Shown: positions 1 through 14,100 of the stretch, piece by piece
How the letters are laid out: the number at the start of each line of letters is the position of its first letter
Numbering within the stretch: the stretch's first letter is position 1
From: Tubiluchus corallicola
Lineage: Eukaryota > Animalia > Priapulida
DNA: 64,000 nt
Assembly (NCBI GenBank): GCA_030141605.1
Contig: JAQGDQ010000054.1
Location: forward strand, 736,910 to 800,909
Reading direction: 5' to 3'
The notes under the pieces: generated by a model
Seen by the model: only the letters and a program-made list of their open reading frames with translations
Databases searched by the model: none
What the model was told of the DNA's origin: nothing
Program-made: the position numbers and the translations under genes

Positions 1-1324
1 AATTAAGAGGCACTTGATCTTTACTATTTCGCGCAAAAGCATTTGACTTAGTTTATGACTCAGACGCCAGATGGCTTATTCAGAGCGGCAAATTAAAGAA
101 ACAAAAGTAATCGATGTGGTTTGTTTGTCAATTTTTGTTTCTTGTCTTGCTTTTATCTGTTTGTTCGTTACACGTTCGTTCGAAATTAATTCATACAGTC
201 ACTTACTTTTTCGATCATTTATTTGTTTTGTTCACATACTCATTATTTAAAGTAATTTACTCATTTGTTTTGACTGTTCTTTTGCTCGTCTTTCTGGTCA
301 TCTGTCGGTCGGTTTGTTCATTTGCTAACTCGTTAATCCATTCATTTCTTTTGTTTGCACGTTTGTTTGTTTATTTTCAGTTCGCTGTTATTTTATTCGT
401 TCATTCTTTTATCTGAGGATTCGTTCAGACGCATCTGTACCAGTGGCAGCATCGGTACATGTTGAAAAATACAGCTCAGTTTTGTGTTTTTGTCGAAAGA
501 ACTTTCAAAGATCCATAATGCTACTGACTGAAAGCGTTTAGCTTTTACATACTAGGAAATTCGATATTATAAAATGTGAAGTCTAGCTTCGTACAGGATG
601 TTCTAGAAAAATAGTGCAGCAGAAATATGCTAGTATGCTGAATTATGCTGATCACATCACAAAGATGGTTTACCCATGGCTTCTGTACTATGACATCATA
701 ATGACGCAAAAATACAATTATATTTGCATAGTTTCAATTTTCGTGCAACTTGGGTTTTGTACATTCCAATATGACATATCAGCACATTTTACTACTGTTT
801 TTCTGGAATACCCTGTATTGTAAGAAAAGGGGATTTATTTTGCGCAACACAACAGCTAAATTTACTTTATGAATGCTGTTAATGGCATGATAACAGGTTT
901 ATGAACAGAAAGCAACGACTGTAATTGGCTCAGCTAGATCCTCCGCTGGTCGCACTTTATGAGCTTATAAAGCAACTGCAGCAATAACAAGTTCATAATT
1001 ATTTCGCTGAAAATTATTAAGCGGAGCTTGACAGTAAGTTCTTTCCAAAAAGCCAGATCCAGGTTGGTGAAATGTAGGGTGTAAATAATTGACGCGATAG
1101 ACAGGATTTTCTGTACCCGATGTGATAGAGATACAGTGGAAATGTGGTGCCATGGTGAGGTGCCGTGTATTGGTGCTCTGTAACAAGTCAGTGTGTGGTT
1201 AGTGTTGTGTGTGAGATGGTGTGTACAGTAAATGGTTTCAGATGTATCGTATTATTCACATGTGGTTTTCTATAATTCTTTGCATTGGGTTACCACGTCT
1301 TATGTTGCGTTAGTCTTACTTTGT

Positions 1325-1447
1325 CCTGTGGTGTGTTATTTGTGTAGCACTGTTTTGCAGTGTTGTGTTGTGTTTGTTGTGCTGTGTTGTGTTGTGTTAT
1401 ATTGTATTGTGTTGTTTTGTGTGTGTTGTGGAATGTTGTATTGTGTT
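1325..1447. repeat. Degenerate (TGTGT/TGT)n low-complexity repeat
   Basis: Visible TGTGTTGTG-type units. Confidence 0.7.
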
Positions 1448-4400
1448 TAATGTTGCGAATTATATTATGTTCTCCCCGGACGCATTTCCATCTTATTGAA
1501 AAGCTTAATTGCGAACCCTATTACTGTCCATTGACCATTGCTTTTCTGTTGTTTTCTTAGCAGTCGGTGAAATGGACGTTTACAGAAACTTCGACCTTCA
1601 GAAAAAGGACGAGTAGCGGGAAAGTTGTTATGCCACGGGCAAGCATGTTCTATTTGGGTAAGTTGACGATGTCATCGCTGGGAAGCAACCAAGGTCAGCG
1701 GAAAAGTAGAGGAGGAAAAAAATCGAAGGCGTGAAAGGCAAAAAACACGGTTATTAGTACAGGACAAAATAGTCTAATTTGTTCAAACGTTTCCCAAGAG
1801 TGTGGAAATGCACTAAATGCAGGCACACGTTCTGGAAGATAAAACTAGTATTGTTGTATTGAAAACATAACGGTTTGTAATGGACCACATTACAACTAAA
1901 ACATTGTCTCAAGTCAACCGCCGCTGCGTAAAATGTACAGAGAATTAATACACTAGATTTACAATTTTTATAATTCGTGTTGGGAATGGTGTACATACGC
2001 GTTCCTTTGGTGCTCGAAACATGATGGCTTACGCATCGCGCAGGCGTGCGTTCTTGACGCACCGAGAGGTGTGCGTCAGTAAGCGCTGCCTCTACAATAT
2101 AATACCACTGCGTAATTTGGTAGAAAATAAAGGTCCAACGAAGTAGAATGATTAAAAACGTTACTGAATACCTGTTACCAACGCTCTACAAATAAAAGAG
2201 AAAGTAACTCTATTTTACTGCTGGAATTTAGTACCGACCAAAAAGCACAGTTTTACTTGCCAACGTCAGGTGCGTAAGTTGGTAGGTAATAAACGCTAAT
2301 TAAACGGCAAAAGAAACTTGCGTAGATGCTAAAACTCAAATTATTCATTGACAAGAAAGTAAAGTTGCTGATTTGCAACGCAGTGTTAAGGGTCGATTTT
2401 GCAATTAACCTATATTCATTTTAAACGTTAACCTAAAGGAGGTGACCAACACAAAACAACAGCAAGAATTTAAATAATGGCAGGTTGTCACATGTTTCAC
2501 CTACAGTTTGCTTTATTTTGTTAAAATCGAAAACAATAGTAATCCATAAACACTAAAGAAACTAGACAGCCCTAGCTGTTAAATGCAAAAACAATTAAAA
2601 ATAATATGGCGGTGAGCTCGCCATACACAACTTATGTGTTGTATATTACGTTTATAAGCATCACTTAGCATCCGAATTTAATTTATTTTTAATTATAATT
2701 TTAATATTCACACTAAGTCCTTTCTGTTTACTGCAAAAGGAATTTAAAACAAAATGTTTTTGAAATTCGCTTAGTTACAGGTTCGTACTAAAATTGTTTA
2801 ATAAATTTATTGTGCATATATATTCATTAACATTTGTCAGTTATCAAATACCAGATAATCACAGGTGAGTCAGTTTTTTAGAGGCAAAAAATTTAAACTA
2901 AATACACGTATTTGAGGCTATTTTACAAGCTTTGATTTATTTTGAATGAAATTGAAGTAAAAGGGTTCAGTTAAAGTTTTGGCAATAATAAAAGACATTT
3001 CGGCAGACGTGACTAAAAATTTCGATGTTAGAAATCCGTTATTGACACCAGAAATGACCTTTTAATATTAGAAGTAATTTGTTAATATTAAACTAATGTT
3101 AAAATGCTACTTTCCTGTTCACTTTTCCAAATATAATTTTAAATGCTTGAGCAATAAAAATGGTTTGTTTACCTAAGGAAATTTGGATAGAATAGCCTAG
3201 AAAAGAGCATAAAGGTATGAAATTTAATACTTAGAAAGAAGAGCGTAATATTACCCAGTGTTCAGAGTCATAAATAGTAGGACATTCCCTTTTTAATAAT
3301 TGTAAAAATAGCCGACCTTTACACCCACATACACGTAGCAAATTTTTCACGTGCCTTGAAACCGGCTTAGAAACGTAATTAGAGAACTGTGATTGTGCTG
3401 CTCACTGATGACACAAACGCCTGCAAGTTCGTAACTGAACGGGAAACAGTTATACCCATCAACCTTGCCACTGTCAGCATTAATAATCACACGCAATAAT
3501 AAGAGACGGATGTGTCAAGGGGAGAAAAACAGACAGGAATTTGAAAAGGTTGAGAATTACCGTTAAGACATCTCTTTACTGCGATTGTACTGCCGTAGGT
3601 GACATAAATCGTGACAATTCTAGGTCATGCAAATTGCGCATTTTTCACTAATTTGCCCACTTTTAATCTTATGCACGTTGCTGTACTCTGCTTAGAAAGT
3701 TAATAGTAAGTTGTCATTGCTGTAAAGTTCTGTAGGCCGATGTAACCGAAAATATGACCCTACGAAACCATAGTTTCTGAGTTATGAGCTTAATTTGTTT
3801 CAATGACGTTTTGCAGACTGACTAACTGGGCTAAGAATTTGTCGAAAAGTAGCGGGACGACTGCATGAAGTACAGTAGCCGACACCGGGCTGGTGCTTCG
3901 CCCGTTATTTAAACGAACTTGACAGTTTACAAAAACGCTATTGGATTGTAATTGCATTGAGCCGATTGCATCATAACGTCAATCTAGTCGAGTCTAATTT
4001 GAGGTTAACCCTGGAAAAGCCGGCACATCGAAAGCCAGTTGAGTCTCTTTTGTGGATAATCTTTATGAAAGATGCTGCCCCAACTCACGCACTGTACTTG
4101 CTGGATGCGTAATAACCAAGCCCAATAACCAAGGCATAATTCAACTGCGTACATGTGACATTTTACCGCATTCAAGATTTTTAGTAAAAAGGTTGGCATC
4201 AGAGAAACGAAGGTGTGTGTAAAGCAATAAATTAAATATTGCCGAACGACAATATTTGCCCGAGTTTATACAAAAGTTTATAGAGTAATCCGTTCAAATC
4301 CATCTCAGAAATGATGCATAACTGATCGGTGAATAATTATATTTAGTAGTAAAGTGTAGACCCATTTGAAGGAAAGTGTTACAAAAAACACAAAGACGTG

Positions 4401-5618
4401 AGAGTCCATTTTGACAATGAGCTCAATTTCCTACCCACCCAGTTTTAGATTACGATGATTTCATCTGGACTCACACTAAACTACTGCATATAAGCAAGGT
4501 AAAAAGATAACAAGTTGCAACCTTTCATATTCATAAAAAAATGCAGTCTCAGATTATCACCACTGCGATTCAAACGCATGGAGGGAATAAAAATGCTTTA
4601 TTGATTATTAAATAACTACATCAGATTAAGTGCAGCAAAGTATGCAACGGATGAAATCGTGGAGGAGCTGGAGTGAAGGTGACACAAACCTAGGTGCAGA
4701 ATGGTTTATGCTTTCGCTTCACACAGTAAATGACAGGCACTCGCTAAATCCAGTTCGTGGATATACAAATGCCAAAAGCCAAAAGGACTAGAGAAGATGC
4801 TAAAATACATGTAAAAGTACTTATCTACCGGATTTACCCATAGTTTGACATCAGGTGTCCTCAAGGCAAAACTCTTTAAACTATTCCAGGAATAATACAT
4901 TACATACGCCACAAATGTCACATACATTACGCATGTGACCAATATTTATAAATCAAAATTGTTCAACAAATCACAACAAAAAGAAGCAATTAATGTAACA
5001 ACTACGCGGAAAAAACTCATTACATCTTCGACCCGTTGCTATAGGTAGCAAAGGTAAGGCAGCACGTAGAGATGGGCCTACCAGTCAGTTTACAAATACA
5101 AATGCTACACGCATGGTAACACTATTCATCGATTACAATGAAATATGATTTCATAATTCATTAGTACCATATTACAAGACTTACAAAAACAAAAGATACA
5201 AAACATTACGTGTCAAGCGTCACCCATCCAGACACCACTAGGAGATGGACCAAAAAGTAATTGTTGTCAAGTGAGTAAATCAGAAGCAGCTGAGCATAAA
5301 TAAAACCACAATGAGCGAAAAAAGAAAAGAATAATATTACACAGGTACACAGGTATTATCATTATTAATGTTAAAATGTCTTGTTAAGGTGTTGATTCAA
5401 GAAATCGGAAATAAAAAGGAGAATTTATTGTTTTTCTGAACTACTGCATGTAGCTGCAACTTGTTTAAACCGTTGAATTTAGCTAAATAATCGCATTCTA
5501 AGATAAAAGATGGTGTTGAGAGATGTATTTCTCAAGCTGTTAATCAACTAGCGTCACTTTAACACAAGCAGATTGATGTTTTGGCGACGTTGCGCTTGAG
5601 AAGTTTAACTGGTCACCA

Positions 5619-5626
5619 TATAAAAA
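5619..5626 (+). promoter_or_regulatory. TATA box (TATAAAAA) of the Gln/Pro/Arg-rich secreted protein gene (gene 1)
   Basis: TATAAAAA at 5619-5626, followed ~80 nt later by a strong GTAAGT donor at 5708. This fits a short non-coding first exon. Confidence 0.55.
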
Positions 5627-5649
5627 GATGTTGACAATAATGAGGACAA

Positions 5650-5707
5650 GACTGTGAAGAAGAAACAACGGGAGCGCTGCGCCAGCAGCCTGACACACGT
5701 CACGCAA
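5650..5707 (+). other. Putative non-coding exon 1 (5' UTR) of gene 1
   Basis: Starts ~30 nt downstream of the TATA box (start approximate), has no ATG in this span, and ends at CAA|GTAAGT. It would splice to the acceptor TTTCAG at 8095-8100. Confidence 0.45.
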
Positions 5708-6834
5708 GTAAGTCACCTACTGCATTTTGCTCATCTTAATAGCTGACACACAATTTTTGCCATAGTAGAAGTTTTAATTAGTGGTAGTTCTCAATTGTTA
5801 GAAAAAAATTTAATGGCTTAAGTAGCATTTAAAAATTCGTTTACTGACAAAAGGGCCTTGAAAATCAGTGAATTTTTTTAACGTCACATGGTTGCAAAGG
5901 GATACGTATAGCCGGCATAACGACATTTTCATTTTTTTTGTAGTAATGTGCCTCGACACACACGAACACATCATTCTGAAGCATTTAAGTTAAGAAGTGA
6001 AGTTAATCTACTTATAATAAACCATAGCAGAAATGACACAGGCTTGAAAAATTCTCTTTCTTCTTGTTTTTGTTGCTTACTTGAACTTGGAATCAGCGTC
6101 TGTACATCAATTCTTACGAGTTTGATTTTTTCTGATTTAGTGTGCCTTATCATTAGGATTAACAGCCAAAAAGCTTCTGCAATTTCTGTGTTTTTGAATT
6201 TAGCTTTGTCGAATGCAATAGATAATAACAAGGTCTCACAAGGGCTATTCTGCAATAATAATTAATTTAGCATACCGAATTTTTTTACTATCTAAAGACA
6301 GTTCTTATTTTTCAAATTCAAGCAGATTATTTAAGGCTAGTTCAGTAACTTTTTTATTTTAAGAGAAATATTACATTTTTCAATGTTTGCAAAGGTTTAT
6401 GAAAATTTTTATTTTCTAAATTTTAATAATTGATAATATTCTAGTAAAATACACCGTAAAAATAAAAAGTAACTTGAGTTTTGGCAGAAGTTTTAAATTT
6501 CGAGTTGGCGAAATGGTCTACATTACTATGTAATGGGACATGTGCTTAGTCATTTAGCAACACTAATTAGCTTGTTTGTTATGGACAACAAAGCGCAGAG
6601 GTATATTTATTTTATAGATTAATTGCAGCGAATTGCTGGTTTGGGTAATGTTAGGACGAGTAATTGAAAGTACTGTTACTACATACTAGTGATTTACAGT
6701 TTCACATAACCCCTATAGATAAAGGAAAACACTCAAAGGAAACCGATTTTTTTGTAGCATCGTACTTCTGCTGTGTAAAACATACATGTAATGTGATTTA
6801 AGAAAGCCATTTTAAATTTACCGAAGTGCGCTAT

Positions 6835-6927
6835 AGTAAAGTAATAAGTAAGTAAACAAATGATTAAGTAAACAAGTAAGAAAGCAAGTAAGTAAAGTAA
6901 GTGAGTTAGTACGTAATTAAGTAAGTA
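6835..6927. repeat. Degenerate (AAGT)n tetranucleotide repeat
   Basis: Visible agtaagtaa runs. Confidence 0.7.
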
Positions 6928-8125
6928 TATTCACAGAAATTATAAAAGTTCATTTAAACACCACAGTTTTTCGTACAAACTAAATTCAACAGACGGTGTT
7001 ACAAAGAGCAATCTTGAAATACACTTGCACATCAGAAATCATTATTGTAATATTAAATAGGCACTAATTTTCTCGAAGAAGGTAAACCGGGTTTAAATAA
7101 TAACAGTTTCTACATATAAGCACCTCCAAGCAAGTAATTTCCAAGGTAGCTGTGATTCGCTAAAATGAACAGTTAATTGAATAACTTATGAATTCGCTTG
7201 TTGTAGCTGACCTTAAACTCGTTGAATACGTGCGCGTGATATCGTCTCCAAAGAGGAGAGCCATAGATCATAACATTTTAAAAAGCATGTTAACGAAAGC
7301 CTTCGAAAGATTATGCTTATGGCACTAGTTTTCGTGTTTTAGCGAGTATTTTTTATAATGTTCCCTGCCATGGCACTGTAATTATCAGTGGCTCAGAAAG
7401 TCTCAAGTCATCTTCCCCCTGGGATCCATTGTTTTCTTAACTCCCCGCCCGCAGTCTTTTCCAGTTTACTACCTAGCCAAAGTTATTCCCTGGGAGCCAA
7501 GTGAGAAGCACTTCGTTAGGGTGGTCTGTAGCTAAGTGCAGCACAAAGCCCGTTTGCCCCAAGATTGGTGTCACTGAGTATATATCCTGGCATTTTTGTT
7601 TGCTTTAATCTAAACCGCTATCTGGGGTTTCTACTTTTCTTTTTTTTGAAAATACCCGTAACAAATGCAATAAAACAAATTGATTCCCGTTTTCACTGTA
7701 AAAATGTTAGATCGAAATGGTCTGGTTCAACGCGATTATCTAATTGGAATTGTTGGTAGTTAAACTGTGGTTATACATTATCGCCTATTTGGCATTTATT
7801 GATGTGGCTGCGCATTTTGTTGATTTATTATGCCACCATTATAACATATAAACGATTTTAAAGTCATTATAGAAAAATAGTCACTATAGTAGTTAACTGC
7901 CATAGATAATTGATAGAAAAAAGGTTATAACTAAACATGAGTGTTTATCGGTAGCACCATTTTTGGTTTAATTTCGCCACCAAAATTTGATAATCATTGC
8001 GAAAACCTCGCAGTTGATCGAATCAAATACATCAGTAAATCAAGTACAAAATTAAGAAATATCTTAATCACAATTATTATTACATTAATTCATATTTCAG
8101 ATAGAAGCAAGTGCGAGGAGAGAAA

Positions 8126-8155
8126 ATGAAGACTCTGCCAGTGCTTTTGCTGTTG
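8126..8155 (+). CDS. Gene 1 first coding exon: MKTLPVLLLL, first half of a signal peptide
   Basis: Exon 8101-8155 lies between acceptor catatttcAG and donor GTAAGT (8156). ATG at 8126 in AAAATG context. A phase-0 join to 16712 gives MKTLPVLLLL-SLSVLHCNG|QNLF, a typical signal peptide. Confidence 0.75.
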
Positions 8156-11100
8156 GTAAGTTAACTAATTTCATTTTGTTTGATTTTTGCCTTATTGTGA
8201 TAGCCTAAGTTAACGCATTAATGAACATGTTAACGAACCAAGCACATATTTTTTCGTGAGAGCCAGAGCTTTTTTAACCTCAGACTCGCACTTTAAGTGT
8301 TCAGGATTCTCATTTTGAAAAACCATCAGTACCGTACCATTGCTCATTTTTTCATCAATTTTTAAACGAGTAATCACGGCAATTCCCAAAACCAATAAAA
8401 GGTACAATTTTACTGACAAGTCACACATGGTAATTGTTCAACTAATCATCGTATATAAACGGTAATTAGAGTTCTGCGCATAAATTGCGCATCTATTATA
8501 AAATCAGCGGCATGCATACTAGTTTTCCACGTAAAAGATGTGCAACTTAAATGCGATGATAGCAATCCTTATAACAAACTCAAAAGTTAAATATTTCAAA
8601 AGTATTATTAGCTATGATAAAGCAGACTATAGCTTAGACATATAAAGTATATAAAGTAGACATATAGCGTCTACAAACTGCTTTATTGCCACCTCATATC
8701 AATTTACAGTTTTTTAAATACGTAAAATGTACTTCAAGGTCACCTGGTTTATCGCGAATGGTTCGGCTTGCCCAACATATTGAATTCTGAAGACCAAGAA
8801 GAACGCATAAATAAAAAATGCTGTTTAAAGATGCTGCAATTATAGGGTTATTTTCAGCTGGCATAAACATGATTGATCTGTGGTTAATAGACTCTATAGT
8901 TAGCCTGAAAGAGTGGCAAAATAAGCAAAATCTTCGTAAGCCGCAACTGGCTGGAGGTTGTGTACGATCGTGTACGATGACTTGGCTTCTTTTCTCCCCT
9001 TGTTAGCTTACCCACATGGTGAGGTATTACAAATTACTCTCGGTTATCTTTGAGTATGATAATTTTCATGAATATAAATAGAAATTTTCATGGTCACTCA
9101 GAGAAACCTGAAACAAGCGGACAACATGGTCTCATTATTGGCATTATTCACGAAAGAAATGGTTGTAAAAATATTAATCTTTTTGGGCTTTATAATGAGT
9201 GAAACCTACACATGAACGATAAAAAAGTAAAAAAATATCAAGATCGTCTACTGCTTGTTCGTAACTGCGAAGCCGATTGGTAATTTACGCTATACAAATT
9301 TCGTAATGTACATGTAGAAGCATAAGAATTGACTTTCAGATGTAGTTGGTTTGTGAATGAAACGGTAGTATAATAGTTACCACATATGACGGAATATAAT
9401 TGGCTAAGTGTTTCAGGTTTTTTGATAACAATGTCAGTGCATTTCAGGCTTTTTGATAAACACTTAGAACTTTATGTCAGTTGAGATGCTGATCTCAAAT
9501 AAAATTTGTGGTCGATTTTCTGGTAAGTCATTCCACACAAGTCCGGGGAAAAACTAGATTTATAAGCAGATATTCTGCATCTGGGAAATGGAGTCACGGT
9601 ATACAGCGAAGCAGGGTATTCGACTTTCGCAAGAGACAAATTTATGTCAGATGCACAACGCTGGAAATTAATTTTTGGATTTTAGACAGTCTACACCAAG
9701 AATTCGCAATTTAAAAGTGGTATTTTGGAGTTATATGGTGTTTCTGTCACCTATAGACAGTGTTAAATCTTACTTTTTTATGCATAATATATTCAGGTTA
9801 ATAATTATATTGCCCGAAAGAAAGGATTTAACAATGATAGATACATTTTATTATAAACATATGCATATTGCAATGTATAGATATATTATAATATACGTAT
9901 TACAATATATATATAATTAATTATGTAAAAGTTTACTCAACGCAACTAAGTTTAGTAACTTAACTAATCTACTAAGTACTAAGCTAAAGACAATTATCGT
10001 TGAACGTGCAAATTGCTGTCTTTTATCATTTTTTAGGCCGTTACTACGGTTGTGGGTCTTACTGAAAAACATAAGATGTTCTTTTTACCACTTACTTCAC
10101 AATATTTCAAAATTGATACTTCAGACATGTGAGGCGCAAGGCAACTGCGAAAAATCGTCTGGCTGTCCATAATATTTGCTGCAGGCTACTTCCTAGACTA
10201 GTAATTATTTTCCGGGCTTGCTACTTGGAGAGTATAGCCGGCTAGTTTGCCTTTTTATATTTCGAAGAAACCTTTGTAAATCATCAATTTAGCACACCTG
10301 GTTAGCGATCAATAGAAGCCATACGTAAATATATAAGTTTTGAAAAAGCCGTAATTCAAAGCGAAGTTGAGATCTAATAACAACTGTTGTTTGTGTAATA
10401 TTTGGTCATTAAATGACACACCGTGACCATTCAGCTATTCCTTGCACTTCGCTTGCCTCAAGTACCTTTTTAAAGTGGAAATACTTAGCCTTTTAAGAGC
10501 CCGCTTGGAATTAAACTATTGTGCATCTTAGAAAGTGAAAGTAAATAATATGTCTTCTCCCACACATCTCTTGCCATTCTGTTTTCTTTGCAAAATCGGA
10601 ATCGTTTTTCCTACAACTGCTTCACAATAAGCTGTTCAAAATTCACCTTAAAAGCAGTTCATATTAGCAATACTTTTATTCAGTTACGGTATTTTCGCAA
10701 CGCATTGCGAACATATCAATTTAGTAAAATACTCAAAACGAGGTAATGAATGCTTTTAAAATTTAGCCGCTTCCAATTACCATTAGGTAATTTAGATTTA
10801 TGTGAAGGGCAATGTAAACTAATGATGATCATTCTAGACAGTAATGACTGGGCATTACTAAACGTAATAACTTAGCTATCTTTTGAATATACATCTGTAC
10901 GTACAAATATTGGGTATTATCTCAAAAAATTTCAGTCGCCTACACCGTCAGGCGGTGTATGCATTCCAGCCAAATTTGCTAACATAATATGGCCGTCGTC
11001 AGCCTCATTTGTACGCAAGCGCAGATTACAATTGTTGACATGCACGCATGAGGTCCTGCGTGTATGCGTGACATAGCACAGTCAACTAGTCCAATATCGC

Positions 11101-14100
11101 TCAAGACGTTCTTTATTATCATGTCAATAGTACGCGAATATATAACTCACTGCCTGAAGGGAAAATAGGCGAAATCTCTCTTTCAACGAGCCACAGACAC
11201 TGTTTAGACTTGACCCACTAACTTTTACGTGCAACAAATTTATAGGCTTTTGCATTATTAGCTGCGTATCAAGCTAATATGGCTGTTTCTTTGAGCCATA
11301 TTAAACATTCCTTGAAAATTACATGAAAAATTGATTGATAGTTTTTTGCGGGTGTCTTTTTGGGTTCAGCGTTGTAGTCTGCTAAGATTTTAAATCTTTG
11401 AATAACTTTCAAATTTGCTCAAACGGTACCAAGGTGTTCACAAGCTAGCAGAACTAAAATCTGTTAAAAGGAAGAATTGCAAAACTTTAAGCAGCTTTGT
11501 TTGTTAATTCAGTTGGCAGTCAGAGCGTCTTCTCGCCAGTCTAAATAATACTATAGTTGGTGAATAGGTAACATACCAGTTCTACATCAAAATATTTACA
11601 CCCCGACCTGTCGATAAAATGCGCAATGGATGGAGCTAGCCTGCGTTGTTCTATTTAAAAACAGTTTATGTATTCTCCTTTTGTCAACAATTTGTTCCAT
11701 CAATGGTTTCCTACGCACACTCGTGACTGAGCCAGTAAACAGATTACAATGGCATCAGTTCAATAAACAACACCTCAGAGGTGGCTGACTCGATAACTTA
11801 CGTTCATTCGCCACCCGTTCACCTATATATAGCAATGAAAGTTAATATTATTATGTTGTACTTTGTCTCAATTGTTTTGACATTGTACTCATTTTTTACT
11901 ACAAGGAGAAAAATAAACGAATTCCAATTCTAACCTCTCCTATGCATCCCCTAAGCTGTACACTCAGGTCTATAATAATCATGTTATAATTATGTAGCTT
12001 ATACTAATTATAACATTTAATGACTTGATGGCAGATACCAAACAATTTTACAGCTACCTCGACTTAGCCAACCCACCCGTGGTTGAAGATCACACACCTC
12101 AATTACTCTTTCATGCAATGTATCGCAGACACCCGCTACTCTGCTACTGCATCAAAAGTTGCATATCACAAGATCATTACCAAAAGCTTGGTAGTCATTG
12201 GCAAGGCATCCTGTAATCAACTTGGATGTTAAATAAGCTTTATGGAGAGTTTTCACTGTTGATCCCTTGTACCAACATGTTACTAGCAGATGGTTTGAAG
12301 AAACGATAGGGCTTCTGATAATATCATTGAATTGGGAGGGTTCAGACTTTCCAGTATCTCGAAAAAGTTTCTCTCACAGTGTTTTCCATGTTATGGCTAC
12401 CAGCAGAAGCGTGTCTAACCACATTCGTACGTGTGTACACAACGCCCCGCAAAGAACAACGTAAATGTCCTACAGTTGCTACCCACACCATCCTTGACTT
12501 TGTCACTATGCCACCGCAGTTATGCTCATCGGCAAGTTTAACAGGATTCGCTTTACTGACATCATGCTTTTCTTTGCTAGACGTAGGTATAATGATAGTC
12601 TTCATTGAACAATTGCAAGAATGGTGATGATGATGATAGTCATCGGGAAATTTAGATTTTTTTCTAATTTATTGGGTAATTGCAGGTACGACGCTGATGT
12701 TATTCCAACGGTTGTGCCCCGGCTCAGAAAAATACCGCAAAATAACCGACCAACTATCTAATCAAGCAAGAAACTTACCGACCACACTCAAACAATCAAC
12801 AAATCAAGTATTCCATCTGCTAACCAACCCTCTGACCGACCAATCATTCTATCGGCCAAGTCTATAACCATCCAAGCCAATTAGCCAACCAGCTACTTAG
12901 TGAGCTAGCCAAGAACAAAAGCATTATTTTATTAATGAAAATAAATTTCAATTTAGTAACGTTAGAATGGGATCAAGATAGTGTTAGTACAAAAGAACTA
13001 AGGTAATAATGTTAAAAAAATTCAAAGTACAATCGTTAGGCTTAAGGTGGCACTTAGAAAAGAGGAGCACAGTTCTTCACTAAGTTTTCATAGATTTATC
13101 ATCCATAACTACGAACATAAATATAAATATGATTGACGGATTCATGGATGCTAGACAGTAAAGCTTTTCTTTATTAAATTTATTTTACATTTCATCAAGC
13201 AATTGGCTGTTTTTGAAGCTTATTTCGGGTTTCTTCAGTGTTTTGACAGACATTTAAAACAGACCAACAGAGTTCTAAAATCGTAAAAGTTACTATCAGA
13301 ATGCGCAATATCCGTTTACTTGTCTGAAATGTAGTAACTAAAACTGAACTATCATTCATTAGTCCATCGGTCATATATATATTTTATTCAGTTGTTCATG
13401 AAGCAAAGGACTTTATAAATACTTTAAAACTTACAATTAACAAATTTGCTTTTAATTTCTCAGACTGAATTCATGCCTTCGAAGTGTAATTCATACCTTC
13501 GTAATTCAGTTTAAAACTTTATGTTGATTGGTACTTCCCTCTTTTCTAAAATTCCAACAACCATTGCATCGTTCCAATGAAATTCTTAATGAATTTTAAT
13601 TTGCTGTATTGCCTAAAGCAACCGTCGTCAGCAATATTATAATTTCACTTTTACCGAAGCATTTTTGCTTGTGATCTTTCACTGTGTGAAAACAAAAATA
13701 TCAATGCTTTTCCGTAGCTCGTAGAGAAATTTGATATATCTTATAGAAAGTTTTTAGTCTAATTTTATTTTGTTTATTTTTATTACGTCAGTAAAGAAAA
13801 ATCGTGACTCGCTCGTTTTGATTCGTTTACGTTTTCTGCTCACGTAAGTGGGATAAGGTTGCCGCTCTCAAGGCTTGCGTTTCACTGACGCAACATCATT
13901 TTATACAGTAGCGACTTACAGATTTTAAACTTAAAGAGGTCATCAAACCCTTAATCCTACGCCGATTTTACTTTTAGCTAAAATAAACAAATAATTCATG
14001 ACTGGAACTAAGTGCGACAAGGTTGCGAGCTGCAACCTAGAGCCTCTCAAACTTGGGGCGCCTTCAAACTTTGGTAAGAAATGTTTTTTAACTACGGTTT

